A stretch of 64,000 nucleotides of DNA from Cladosporium halotolerans (GCF_011745625.1 NW_027191491.1:1-64000); one strand, 5' to 3'; counted from the stretch's first letter, positions 33,222 to 45,900 are shown. Numbers and translations: made by a program. The notes: generated from the sequence alone by a model not told the origin.

Positions 33222-33789
33222 ATGGCGGCCAAGCGGCTGATCAAAGAGCTCGAGCAGTACAACAAGCAGCCCTCGCCCGCCGTGCCGCGCCTCGAGCCCA
33301 CCAGCGACGATGACCTCTTCCACCTGACCGCCGAGCTGCGCGGGCCCGAAGGCACCGCCTACGAAGGTGTGTAGCAGCCTACCTTATCTTATCCCAGTCC
33401 CCTCCCAACCCAACCCCACTACAACCACCACCACCCTCCTCCCAACACTAGCTAACCCACCCCTCACAGGCGGCACCTTCACACTCCACCTGACCGTCCC
33501 TCCCACCTACCCCAACAGCCCTCCGACCATAACCTTCCGCACGCCCTGCTGCCACCCGAACGTCTCCTTCAGCACTGGCGAGATCTGCCTGGACCTGCTG
33601 AAGTCGTCGTGGACGCCGGCGTACGGACTCGTCAGCTCGCTGGAAGCCGTGCAGCAGCTGCTGAGCGCGGGCGGCGAGGCGGACAGCCCGCTGAACTTGG
33701 ACATCGCGAAGCTGGTGCGGGATGGGGATTTGGTGGGCGCGGAGGGGCTGGTGAGGCTGTACACTAGGATGTATGCTGTGGGATCTTGA
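33222..33789 (+). CDS. PEX4: Ubiquitin-conjugating enzyme E2, peroxin 4-like, 154 aa; exons 33222-33366, 33470-33789
   Basis: MAAKRLIKEL, GPEGTAYEGG, YPNSPP, HPNVSFSTGEICLDLLK (catalytic Cys), DSPLNLDIA..RDGD; intron with GCTAAC branch site. Confidence 0.82.
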
Positions 33790-34276
33790 GTGAGTTTGGG
33801 AGGTGAAGGAGGATGGTGGTTAGGAATGGGAAGATGATGGACCAGTTGTGTATTCAGCATTATGCATGGGGGTTGTAGGGAATATGGAACAGCTGCTAGG
33901 GCTACTTGTGGAAATGTGGGCATGTGTGAAGACAATGGTTGTGTATTCTGGACCATGGATATCTCTATACTTCTATACCATACTATTACTACAAGCTGTC
34001 AATCGCACTGGCTTGCCAGCTTGACATCGGAACGGAAGGCCGTTGGCCTTCCCTCACGAGTTGTGTGACGTCCTCTTTGCTTTAAGCTGGGACGACTGCT
34101 CCCCTAACTCCGAAGTTGCCAGTAAATGCTTGGCACTGAAGACAGGCCGGTTGGCACACCTCAATCAGACCGGACCTGGTGTGGAGCGAAGTGTCCGACA
34201 TGTGATAAATAGCTGTGCAGGAATCTGCCAGCAAGTTGCGAGAATGTTTTCAATGCTTTACACCCGGTTGCTCCGT

Positions 34277-35335
34277 TCATCTCGCTAGTTCCATTTGCTG
34301 CGGTTGCGGCTCGTACTCGTACTCGATGTTGGTCTTCGGGCCACCCTTGGCGGCCTTCTTTCTGCCCTTCGTGGGTGCAGGGGCATCTGACCTCTTGCGC
34401 TTGAGGCTGTCGAGCTTCTTCTTAAGGTCTGCCGCGTCGCCGTCGTCACCCTCATCGTCGTCCTCATCGTCATCGTCGGCTGAAGATTCTCCAGTGCCCT
34501 CCTCGCCGCTCTCGCCACCAAGCCAATCCTGGAAATCCTCGAGATCGTCCTCTTCGCCTTCCGACTCGTCCATGTCGCTGACGTATTCAACTTCACCGCC
34601 TTCCTCCTCAGCTTGACCAGGCTCCCTCTCATACTCGTACTCAACGCCGTCCTCCTCGTCCTCAATCCCCTCATCCAAATCTTCATCCCTCATGCCCTCT
34701 CTCTTCTCCAAACTCCTCATGACCTTCCTCCAAATGCCCTCCTCCACATTAAGCGGTCGGTCGCCATAAGCACCACTCCTCAACCTCTCCACCAACTCCC
34801 TCTCAATTGCCCTCTCAATCTTCGCCGCCGACTCCGCCTTGCGCTCCCTTGTCTCCTCCCTCCTCCTCACCTTCGGCGCCAGTCTCGGCACAAGCTTCTC
34901 GCCCAACCTCTCCTCCTCCTTCGCCAGCCTCTGCGCTCTAACCCTCACCTGCGTCAACCTCGTAAGCCTCTGCTTGCACTTGTGCAGCAAAAACTTCGGC
35001 CAGTAGATCAGTCTCTCATCGACCTGCTGCAGCGCCTTCGTATAATTGCTGCTCAAGCGAATCTTCTCCCACCACTTGCTGGGCAGGTGCGCGCGCTCGA
35101 CGGTCTTGATGTAGAGGTACAGGCGGCCGGAGGCCGGGTCGGAGCGCACGGTGGCGTAGCGCGAGTTGGCGAGCGGGCACGACTGCCTGTTGCACAGGCC
35201 CGTGACGTTGTGCTCGTTGCGGCAGAAGGTCGACTTGGTCGATTTCTGGTCTTTGGACGAGTTGCCGGGGAGCTTGAGCTTGAAGCTGCAGAATTGGTTG
35301 TTGATGATCGACCAGACGATCTCGTCGGACGCCAT
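34277..35335 (-). CDS. MAK16: 60S ribosome biogenesis protein Mak16, 352 aa
   Basis: MASDEIVWSIIN..FCSFK, FCRNEHNVTGLCNRQSCPLANSRYATV, HKCKQRLTRLTQ, ELVERLRSGAYGD, acidic tail and IEYE. Confidence 0.96.
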   Translation of the reverse strand: MASDEIVWSIINNQFCSFKLKLPGNSSKDQKSTKSTFCRNEHNVTGLCNRQSCPLANSRYATVRSDPASGRLYLYIKTVERAHLPSKWWEKIRLSSNYTKALQQVDERLIYWPKFLLHKCKQRLTRLTQVRVRAQRLAKEEERLGEKLVPRLAPKVRRREETRERKAESAAKIERAIERELVERLRSGAYGDRPLNVEEGIWRKVMRSLEKREGMRDEDLDEGIEDEEDGVEYEYEREPGQAEEEGGEVEYVSDMDESEGEEDDLEDFQDWLGGESGEEGTGESSADDDDEDDDEGDDGDAADLKKKLDSLKRKRSDAPAPTKGRKKAAKGGPKTNIEYEYEPQPQQMELAR

Positions 35336-36246
35336 GGCGGGCGGGTTTTGGCGGGTGGTGTCGGTGGGGGTTTGGTGTGGTTTTGCGGTTTAATGTGTTG
35401 TTGGTTTTGGGTGAATGAAGGAGTGCGACACCAACGCACTAGAATTTGTAAGGACTTCGCCTCGGAGTGTGGAATGTGTGGCAAGATCGCGGATTGATTG
35501 AAGTTGGTCGCCAGCCAGCCGCGAAGCAGAAAAAGGCCTGGAGTTCCTAGAAATTTTGGCTTTGCTTACCTCGGACTTTCTGCGGCCTGAGGCAGCCGTG
35601 CGTCTCGGATGGAGCAGCGTCCATTTACATACAATGATGCCAATCAACAATGAACAGATCTGATTAGTTGGACATTCTAACTACTTCGTTATTCACACTT
35701 ATACTGAAGATCGATCAGCTATTCGTTCGCCACTATGTTTGCGGGCCTCTGTTCCTCTCACATCATTCAATCTATAGCTAGAGTTGTGCCTGTTGGTCTT
35801 GAAGGGCATTAGCATTAAGCTGTGATAAGACGATGTCCACGCAAAAATGTTAAATAATGAGCTATATGCAGACTTCACAAGCTCTCATAATTTTCTTCAT
35901 CAACGAACATGTATGTGAATCTTCGTTCACATGCCGGAGGCAACTGCGGCCCGTTGATTGGCCGGGCCGAACCTGCAGGGTGGTGAATGATGAGTGACGA
36001 CAAAGGTCGAAGTCGAAGGCGGGCGAACTTCAGCGGCGGCAACGCAACACCACACCCTGCGTGCTCCCCACCTCCCAGCTGCCTGCCTTCTGCAAAAAGC
36101 CCATCAACGTCCACCACCGCCACCTCAAATCCGCCACACGGAAGAACTCATCTACTACATCCCTTCTTGCTACAAAAATCACTCTTCAGTCCAACCGCGG
36201 ACAGCTCACTTCGACACCCACCACAGCCGAACGCAGCTTGCCCGCC

Positions 36247-37448
36247 ATGAAGCTCACTTTCAAGGATCTCAAGCAGCAGCGCTTCACTATCGACGCCGAG
36301 CCCTCCGAGACCATCAGCTCTGTCAAGGCTAAGATCGCACAAGAGAAGGGTTGGGAGCCGTCGTCGCAGAAGCTCATCTACTCTGGCAAGATCCTGCAGG
36401 ATGACAACACTATCGAGTCGTACAAGATCGAGGAGAAGGGCTTCATCGTTTGCATGACCTCCAAGCCCAAGGCTGCACCCAAACCCGCCGCCGCACCTCC
36501 TGCCACTCCCGCCCAGACCTCTTCCACTCCCGCCGCACCTCCAGCTCCTGCGTCGCAGCCCGCCGCTGCTCAACCTCAGCCGCCCGCGACGCCTTCTCCC
36601 GCACCCGCCTCTGCCTCTTCTGCCAACTACAATGACCCGAACTCACTCGCTATGGGTGAGCAGCGTTCCGCCGCGATCGCGAACATGGAATCCATGGGCT
36701 TCGCCCGCTCAGACATCGACCGCGCCATGCGCGCCGCCTTCTTCAACCCCGACCGCGCCGTTGAGTACCTCTTGACTGGCATCCCCGAATCTGCGCAACA
36801 GGAGGAACAGCAAGCGGCCGCCGCGCCGCAGGCATCCCCACAGCAGGCACAACAACCTGCAGCAGGTGGTAACGCGCCTGCCGCCCAGTCAGGCGACGAG
36901 CCCGAGAACCTCTTCGAGGCAGCCGCGCGCGCCGGACAGCAGGGGCCTGGAGCTGGCGCAGGAGCTGGCGCCGGTGCCGGAGCAGCGGCTGGCCTTGGAG
37001 CTGGTGCAGGAGGTGCTAGCGGTCTCGACTTCCTGCGCAACAACCCGCAGTTCCAGCAGTTGCGCCAGGTCGTGCAGCAGCAGCCTCAGATGCTCGAGCC
37101 CATCCTTCAGCAGGTCGCCGCCGGCAATCCTCAGCTCGCTCAGATGATCACGCAGAATCCCGAGCAGTTTATGCAGCTGCTCGCGGAGGACGCCGACGAG
37201 GACGTTGCGCTGCCGCCCGGCGCGCAGCAGATCAGTGTCACCGAGGAGGAGAGAGAGGCCATCGAGAGGGTACGTCTGATCATACTTCTTTCAGTATTGA
37301 CCGTTGACTAACAATTATCTAGCTCTGCCGCCTCGGCTTCGAGCGCGACCTCGTGATCCAGGCATACTTCGCCTGCGACAAGAACGAGGAGCTCGCGGCC
37401 AACTTCCTCTTCGACCAGCCCGACGAGCCCGAGGAGGGCCCTCAGTAA
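36247..37448 (+). CDS. RAD23: UV excision repair / ubiquitin receptor Rad23, 382 aa; exons 36247-37269, 37323-37448
   Basis: UBL ([20 protein letters not shown]), UBA1 ([19 protein letters not shown]), XPC-binding ([15 protein letters not shown]), UBA2 ([30 protein letters not shown]). Confidence 0.96.
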
Positions 37449-38090
37449 GCCCATCGCCTTTGGCTACGAACCGAACTCCCCCCAAAATCTTCACCCTCTC
37501 ACGCAATCATTCGCCGAACACTACGGCGACTAATAGCGAGCACAAAACGCTCTGGTGACCCTGCAGCCAACGATGGAGAGGAGGCTGCAGGGTAGGAAGT
37601 GACGCATACCCTCTGGAACCCGGCGGCATATATCTCTGGCTGCCGATTCACGAAAGTGGCTCGGATGGGATTCCGAGCGTGGATGGGAAATCGCGGCGTG
37701 CGCTGCGCTTCTCTCGGTAGTTTGCAAGGGGAGCGCTGGGTAGATAGATTACGCTTTCAAATTGATCTATCTTATGCTGTCCATTTCTTCTCTTCTGTCG
37801 ATCTGCTAGAAGGCTTTGTATTGCGTCTCCTGTGTGAGCGTGACTGTTGTGCTTTTACCGTGTCTCTCTGCTACACCTTTCGTCCTGGGAAACGGCGGAA
37901 ATCCGCGAGCGAAAGCACATTTGCGACCATAATGGAGGTACAGCTCTCGTGAGCGAGAACAAGCTCTCTCTGTTTTGGTGGTACCAAGTCAAAATCATCA
38001 AGGGACTCCACTACATACTGTTCCACCAATAGATTAATCACAAGATGCTGTACAATCTAAACATCAAATGTATGATCCCGGAAGTACTTA

Positions 38091-38107
38091 CCCTAACCCT
38101 AACCCTA
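38091..38107 (+). repeat. Short interstitial telomere-like repeat, (CCCTAA)2 CCCTA
   Basis: Read directly: CCCTAACCCTAACCCTA. Confidence 0.6.
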
Positions 38108-38472
38108 GACAAACGTCGGACTTCAGACATCCACCATCTCTTCCACGAGAGGCGTGCTGTCTTCCAAAAATGTTGAAAGCGATAACAATTTCTCAGTCTC
38201 TTCTCTCCTGCGCATCCGGACCATTCATTTCAGGCCTAAAGCTTGCATTTGTACCCAGCTTTGATCAGAATATCTGAAAATCATTGGCCATGGCCAAGAC
38301 TACATGGCCGGAACTGTGGGAGTCTACATTGCGCGATGTCGTTTCTGCACTGCCATCGCTTGCAGCAATTAGCGGAGATCAGTCTTTGAGGCTTACAGAA
38401 CAAAATTAGCACGAACTCCAGGTGTTATATCGATTCTCCGGCTGCGACTCGCAAGCTACTGAGAAGCTTGTC

Positions 38473-38910
38473 TCAGACCCAGAGAGGATACATCACTTCC
38501 CCCCTTTTTGCGCTCTGGCTCGCGAGATCAAGAAAGTGATAATCATACGTGTTAAACAGGCGCAAGCAATGCGAGCACTTGAGCGTCTCCGACTTTTGCA
38601 CCTCTGCGATACGATGCTAAGCCAGACAATTTCACAGAAGAATCTTACCAGCTCTGCGGCAGGCAGTGTGATAGTCATCCTTGAGCTGGTATGCCACAGA
38701 TGGAGCTCCGACCTGAACGACTAGTGTTTGATTCGCGACGCTCTCTCGCGAGATGCGAGCGTGCGGAGCTTCGACGATCTCACGCATCTCTTGGATCTTC
38801 GGTGCCTTGTGGTCTAGGAATTGGAAGGCAATCGGCGCAGATTCACTAGAGGGGTGTCCGAAAGTAGAGAAGTGAGGTGTAGTATTCGAGAGACGTGACG
38901 TAAAAGCCAT
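38473..38910 (-). CDS. Possible small orphan protein, 130 aa; exons 38910-38649, 38603-38473
   Basis: GCCATGG start context; a 45-nt GTAAGA..GCAG intron joins in frame to EVQKSETLKCSHCLRLFNTYDYHF. The branch site is weak and I recognise no family. Confidence 0.35.
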
Positions 38911-39329
38911 GGCGGGGATGCATTAATTTTCGCAAGTTGAAGCTGCTACCATCGATGGTAGGAATATGAGAGATGTATACGCCCATTAAGAATACCGTGC
39001 CAAATTCCTAGAACGTAGTAGAGAATCAGAGGCGTACTAGGCACACTGGCCCTGTCGTCCTCGTAGACGTACCCGGCCTGCGGCTGCGGCTGCGGCGCAG
39101 GACGGTGCCCGTAGTACATCGTCTGCGGTGGCTGCTGCTGCGGCGGAGCCGTGGTCACGATTCCAGCAAGGGTGTCTGTGATCCAATCTGGGAGCCATCT
39201 TAGGCGCTGACAACCGCGGCTGGCGAAGATGCCAGAAAAGTCCCGGCTTTGAGGCCGCAGACAGAGCGTCCGGTGACCCACATTGGGTGTCCCGCCAGCG
39301 TTCAAGATTCTAACTTGCAGAACAAGTCG

Positions 39330-39995
39330 TATCTCATCTTTATGGTGCTGCTACCATTGCTAGCTGAACTACGTGGCGTGGATCTGATAATTGAGATGTG
39401 AATTCCAGCAGTCATTGGACATAGCCAGAAACACAGATTACGAAGCAGGCGTTCTCCGTGCCATGGTGCTGCTGTTGCCGTTGGAAGCAAGAGGACCATA
39501 TGTGATTCTGACCACCGAGAAGTGAGGTTTTTACCTGTATGACATGACTGTGAGAGAGACCGGAAGCATACACGTCTGCGCCTCAGAGCTACTATAAGCA
39601 CTAGCAGAGCCGCAATAGGAGTTCCCAACCATTGAGATATATTCCAATAATCGTGGGACGTAGCCTGAAACCGAGAGCAAGAGGATGGCGTCTCCTTACT
39701 ACGGTGCTGCTGCCATCATCAGGGAAACCAGTCTAGACGGGGACAGCCATTGAGGTTTGAGGTAAAGGTCGGAGGACATGGCCGTGAAAGGACATGAGAA
39801 ATGAGGCATTTCTGCTCCTTGATGCTGCTGCCATCATCGGTAAAACCATCCCGACGAGATCGGCCCACCGAGAAGTGAGGTCAAATGCCCAAGATATAGC
39901 CATGAAGACAGTGAAAAACAAAGCACATCTCCTCACCGTGGCGCTGCTCCCATCACTAGCAAAAGCACAGTAGGTACTCGGAACCAACGAGAGGA
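39330..39995. repeat. Degenerate tandem array, period about 118 bp, about 5.5 copies
   Basis: Anchor CCAYYGAG-like at 39512, 39629, 39747, 39866 and 39984; GGTGCTGCT(G)CCAT-like motif at about 39344, 39465, 39703, 39821 and 39940. Confidence 0.65.
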
Positions 39996-40072
39996 AGGGA
40001 AAACAGAGCAACTTCATTATCGCAACAACCCAAAACTAGCTAGTGCCTCTCCCTTCCAGGCAACTCCCAACC

Positions 40073-42976
40073 TCACTTCCCCGGCTGCAGCGGGCCGCCG
40101 CGAAACCCCTGGCCGCCGGCCAAGTGATTGACCGGCGCGGCGGTCGGAGCGGCGGCCTGCTGCAGCCGGCCGTAATCGTACGCGGCCTCCATCGACCCGA
40201 GACGGGCGATGGAGCGCTCGCGGCGGCCCTGCGCCGGGCCGAAGGTCTCGTTGAGGTCCGCCTCGACCTCCTCGCGCTTGATCCACTTAGGATCGAGCGG
40301 AGGAGGTTGAGGCGTGAGACCTGGCTGCGACAGGTCCGAGGTGCGGCGGCCGGGGCCGTGGTGGTTGACCCAGTGGCGCAGGTAGGGGCCGGCGGGCGCA
40401 GGGATCTCCGTCCAGGGCGGAGACGTCGGCCTGGTCTGATGAGGCACGCGTTAGTTGTGGCTCCGTAGCAGAAGGTACGAGCTGGTACATACCGGGTCGG
40501 TGGGAGCGTTGGCGGCAGCCTGCTCCGGGCGGCGGGTGGTGGCTGCGGCAGCAGGCTCGCGGGCATCGTGCTGCTGCTGCTGCTTGGTCTCTTCTTGCCC
40601 TGGCTGCGCCATGGGCGGCTCGGTCTTGCGAGCTGGGTCGGCGCTGGTGTCTTTGACGTCCGTCATGGTGTTGTGGATGTGTTGGTATCGATTGGAAGGA
40701 TGTGTGTAGTGTGTGTGCTGGGTGGGAGGGAAGCGGTCGCGGCTTGCGGGCTCAAAGTAAACAGCGGGCTTCGCCGCTAGCGACGGTCTGCCGTCAACGC
40801 TACGCCTCCCCAGCGACGACAAGGGAGGCAACGTATTTTCCGGCTGACGAACACCCGAAGGAGCGAGCGGCGGCGCCGGCGCATGCCCGAATCCATGAGA
40901 AGGACCTCTTGGATGCTCCATTGCAACGCGCAAGAAAGGGCTGAGGTGGGAATGAGGTGGCGCAGTGTTCGTCGGGCGATCGAAGAGCGGCTGCGGCGGC
41001 CGCGACGAAGGAGGAGGTTGACGATGAGCTTGATCTGGATAACCAGCGGTGGAAGAAGGCTTGAGATACTGCGTTCTGGAACGCGAGCTGCGAGTGGCCG
41101 GCTTGACAGCAAGATCTGCCAGAGCATTCAGGGGTGCGAGTTCCTCTGCCGTGGGCAGCGGTGCAGGAGGCGGGACAGGAGCACCGTACAGTCGGTCGTA
41201 CTCCGCCGCAATGTCTGCCAGTTTCTTCGTGATCTGGATGTTCCTACGCTTCTCGTTTGCAGCGTTGCGAGCTCCATTGTCCATAACAGTGAACTCCTCC
41301 ACCGATTCGGCATCGTAGGCTCTGAGGGCCTCCCACATACTGGTGCGACGCTGGAGGTCCTCGACTCTGCTCTCCGTCTCCATAGTAAAGCGACTTCGGG
41401 AGTCGTACCTTGAATCAAGGGCGTTCGAACGCTTGTAGCGGTATGCCATTCGCTTAGGGCGTGGGATCACTCCATCCTCGTCCTCGGTTTCATGCCCGGG
41501 CTTGGCTTCTTCGCGGAGCTTGGCCCTGTTGACTTGAAGCATGTTATACTCCAGGTTGACGAGCTGTTGCTCCTTGATATCCTCAAGAAAATTGCGGCAA
41601 CGATTCCTCCTCGCATGGCTCTCGGCCTCAAAGCGTTGTTTGAGTTGCTCATGGTTCAGTTTCTGCGCCCTTAGCAGCTGCTGCTTGCGCTGTGCGAGCT
41701 TCTCGTCGAGTCCAGCAATCACGGCCTCATATTCTGCGACCTGGGTGTGGTGCTGATCATCTGCTTGGAGCTCATCCAAAGTGATTTGAGCCAGCTCGCC
41801 CAAACACGATTTCATCGCTCTGGTGACTTGCCTGTAGAACTGTTTGAGCTCCAGCTGTCGACGCATCGCCGCCTCGACGTAGGCGTTCGAATGTGCTGCT
41901 CTTCTACGTCCACCTGGAGGACGCTTTCGCTTTTGCTTTTGCGAAGGTGCATCTTCTTCTTCGTATTCCTCTGCGTAGCGGGTTGCTTCAGCGTCTTCTT
42001 CCATGCCCTCGAAAGAGTCTTGGTTCTGGGTAGCTCGCTCTCCGTCGTCAGCCTCATCGTCTACCTCGGAACCATTCATTTCCAGAGTTTTGGCCAGCTT
42101 CGACTTGGCTGGCGTCAATTCCTCCGCAGCGACTGATGCGGTGGTGGCTGGTGAGCCCTGTCTGGTAGCCATCGGTGTGGCATCCGTTGATACTTCCGGT
42201 AAAGGCATTTCTCCGACGACTTGTGCGTCTGATCTCGAGCTCTCAGCCGAGTTTCGCCTGCTCATAGATTCTCTGTTAGGCTCGTTGACGAGCTCCCTCC
42301 ATTCACCCTCGCTCGATTCGTAGGGCTCATCGGCCTGAGTCTGGGTATCAAAGGATACGTTATGGGCGTCATTCATGGAAACATCGTCTTCAGCTGCCGC
42401 ACCGTAAGTCACTCCGTGTTGGCATCGCCTATCATTTAGTCGAGCCATATTGGCGTAAGATTCGTTTGCCTTGGGTAATTGGCTACTGTCGGCAGTGGAC
42501 TGAGAATGTGCCGGATCATTCTGGCTGTTTGCAAAGCCATTGCTTTCTCTGAGGCGAGGGTCGATGGAACCCTGGCTGGCGTTGACATCGGATTCGGCGG
42601 CGGAAGCAGCACCCGATGGCGCGTCCTTTTCACCGGCCGTTCCATTGCCGAAAGTGAACAGCTCGGAAGACTTCTGATCTCCACTGGTTGAGAGATGCTC
42701 AGTTTTGAGGACCAAAGCTGAATTCTGTTCCGGCGACGGGTCTGCAGTCCGCTGTCGCTTCGTTGGAGGCTCAGAGTCGACTCCAGAGAACGGGGTGGCG
42801 ACGGAGATTTCATCGAACGACGTCCTGCGACTATCCGAGTCGTCATATTCATCTTCGGCATAGGTTTCCATTTCGGGCACGACTTTTGCGGCCTTCCTAG
42901 TTGTCATGTGTAAGGGGATGGTTGGGTCGAAGCGGCCTGGCCGGCCAGGCACGCGCTTCCCTTTGATGCCCGGCAT
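40073..42976 (-). CDS. Hypothetical nuclear coiled-coil protein, about 948 aa; exons 42976-40493, 40435-40073
   Basis: 828-codon first exon with an acidic disordered N-terminus, NLS-like KQKRKR..RRR and a central coiled coil; a GTATGT..CTAAC..CAG intron continues in frame. The 3' end is uncertain. Confidence 0.75.
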
Positions 42977-45900
42977 TATGATAAGAGATTATGATTTGAT
43001 TCCTGTGAGATCAGATCAGCGACTCGGACTTTGATGGACGACGAGCGTTGATTGCTGATGCTCGAAGAGATAGACAAACCTTAAGAATTTGCCGCGATCG
43101 CCACGCCTAGATGCGTGCGCACCAAGCGATCAGAATCGGGAGTGCAGTGTGTGATGACGCAGCTAGGGAGTCATTAGCGCTGTGTTATCAAAGCATGCGA
43201 TAACAAGCATTGTGACGGTGGTTGTGGTTGTTGGATGGTTGTGTCGTGGACGAAATTGCTCGCGAGGGAGGTTGCAGCATGCCGGAACTTGCAAGCTTGG
43301 GAGGCGCGGCGGCTGCGGCAACCATCGTGTTCGTAACGATGGGGGACGCGAATAACAACCGCGAAACCGCTCAGTGCAGGGCGATAACGTACCTTTTGAT
43401 TACTCGTAAGAGTCTGCGTCGAGCGTGACTGGCAGTGACTGCGGTTGGAATGCAGAGGCAGCCTTTGATGGCTAGCCCCGTGTCTCACGGAGACAATGAA
43501 AGATGACCAGAGCACCGAGTCGGTTGACGTGATGCTGGTTATCAGATTCCGACCGCGGATTCGAAACGAAACAGTGCAAGGAGACGCGGCAATTGACCAC
43601 GACGGGCTGGCGATGCTGTCCGTCGAAAAGTCGTGGCATCAATAAAGGTCGCTTGCTGGTGTTCTCTTTTGCGGGCGGGTGGTCCGCGAAGCCTGTCCCA
43701 GCCCCAGCCAATCAAACCACGGGCTAGCCGGGCTTTGGCTGATGCCAACCAAGACTGGATCTCGTCTAGACAAAGGTACATTCGAGAAATGCGGCGTGAT
43801 GCGGGCGGAGAGCTGACCTTAGACGGAGCTTTCCTTGTTGGTAGGCCGTCGCCGTCTCCTACTCGGTTTTTGCGTCTTCAATCACGCGTTGTGCGCAGAG
43901 ATGCTGTAGGCGAGAGCCTGTGTGACGGAAATATTGCGGACCCGATGACCTCCCGACGGCCACCGGGCATGTGCTGGATGCCTGATGATCCGGCGACGAC
44001 ACTTCAGGCGCTCGAATGATACACGTGATTAAGGGCACAAAGGAGGTGAATGACTCTACTTTGCTGCATTGACAATATATTGCTGTACGCTGTCCAAGGC
44101 GTCCGTTATCGCGTGTTCATCAGTCACGACCATTCTGCCCCCTTACATTGTGGCAATCATTGATACCTTGTAGATACCTTGATGTCCACTTCCAACAAAA
44201 GTCGCCTATGGCTACCACCAGAACGCAATGCAGTCGGACGGATACTGATGAGCTCGTCTACCAACATCAAATCTGTCAAACAGCATGCGAGTGAAGAGTG
44301 TTTTGTGGATACCAATTTCCTAGGTCGTTCCCCCGAACAAGTGATGGCCACACCATTCACGCGTAAAATCGAACGGTACACATGTAATGGCAGGTCCTCC
44401 ATGGAGCTTGTACTGAAATATCGACCAGCTTTTGTCCGTATGAGAGGGTTCAATAATCGAAGTGTCGAAATGTAACACTTCGAAAATCCTGCGCATTGTG
44501 ATACAATCGCTTGACAGCCCCCAGCCTTTATCACGATAGAAACTTTCCACATGTGCTGCCATTGACATCACTGTCGTATGATTACTTGAAACAACAAGAC
44601 GACTGTCCGTATGTCAATGCCACCTTGACTATCCTCGCCGGCGGCCGAATTTTTGGGAACTATTGCGCACCAAGCGGAATATCTCGGCAAAGTCGCTTGC
44701 TCTACGGGTTGCAGCATTTCAAAGCAGATGATTTCGACGCGACGTCTTGGGCAACCATATTAGATGGTCTGGATGGTTGCATGTAGATTCTATCCACTAT
44801 CAATCGACTTTCGATTATGCGAGCAAGCTTTTACAATCGAATGCCTCAGGCTGGCGAATCCACTACATACGAGGCAAGGCCGGCTCTATATAAGCCATGC
44901 GCCAAAATCGCATATCCTCATCTGCAAATGATGAGATCCATTGACGGACATTGCGACTAATCGCAGGAAAGCGTCATCACCTTATACAAGATCACAGCAA
45001 CGCTCCAAGCGAACGGCTTGCTGAAGGTCGAGGCCCTCAGAGAGATTACTGCGTCATCTCCCACTGAAGACATCGACAGAGGGCTCTGCCGGGCCCGCAG
45101 CCCGTGATTGCCTTGTTTGAGACTTCGATTGAAACACCCACGACAGCTTCACCTTCCTTCGTGGCAAGACGGCGCGGCGGGTGCGGCGCGGAATTTGGTT
45201 AGCACTTAGCGGTCAGCGGGCTGCCCGTTGCGCTTTGTCTTTCCACGTTTTCATTGGAGAAACGGGCTCTGCAACGATCGAGAATTTCCAGGGCAGCCTG
45301 CGAGTGGACGGGCGATGGGTGCCTTTGATTAAGGCAGTTCGATGTCTCGATCGGGGACACGCATCGAGCGTCAGGTGCGAAGGGGCGAGTCGCGTGGCTC
45401 AAGTCACAGGCGTCGATCACGAACCGAGAACCGAGAACCGGCCGGACGGACTTGGTGGTAGCACCGTGACGCCAGGAGCATCACTGGTCGTTTCGAGGCA
45501 TGTGACGAGTTCGACGGACAGACGGTCTGGTTGCAGGGCGACGCGGGTGCACGAGTGCCATCTTCGCTGAGACGTTGACGGCCAACCGACAGCCGGTAGG
45601 GCAAATCTGTTATTGACCCTGCAGCACATAGCAAAGCGCGGCTGCGAGGGCGACCTAAACGCGTTGGCCCGCTGCCAACAGCCGCCGCTGAGATCATCTT
45701 CCGTTCGTGTTTGCAAGGTCTGCCCCCCAGAGTTCGCTGCGCGGGCCTGCCGCCCTGACTATGCTGGTGTGCATGCGTCTGTGACCACTCGTTGCCCGTG
45801 ACACGGCGGGAGAGCAGCCGGGGCCCCCTGGTGGGCGAGGGGAGGAGGCATGTGAGGCTGCCGACACAGCCCAAAATAGGCAGTGTCAATATTCGACTCC

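Noticed and set aside
36061..36246. N-terminal extensions in the ORF track (RAD23; also DUF1640 to 33070 and USP to 18622)
   Set aside because: They rely on GTG/TTG or poor starts. For RAD23 and DUF1640 the expected N-terminus begins at the downstream ATG; for the USP the downstream ATG has the better context (ACCATGG).
39330..39995. 5S rRNA or WD40/HET-type reading of the 118-bp array
   Set aside because: No 5S sequence similarity; no GH..WD pattern, and the unit length does not keep frame.
37950..40000. Telomerase RNA gene suggested by TAACCCTAA
   Set aside because: The repeat is longer than a 1.5-unit template and I could identify no pseudoknot or CR4/5 element.
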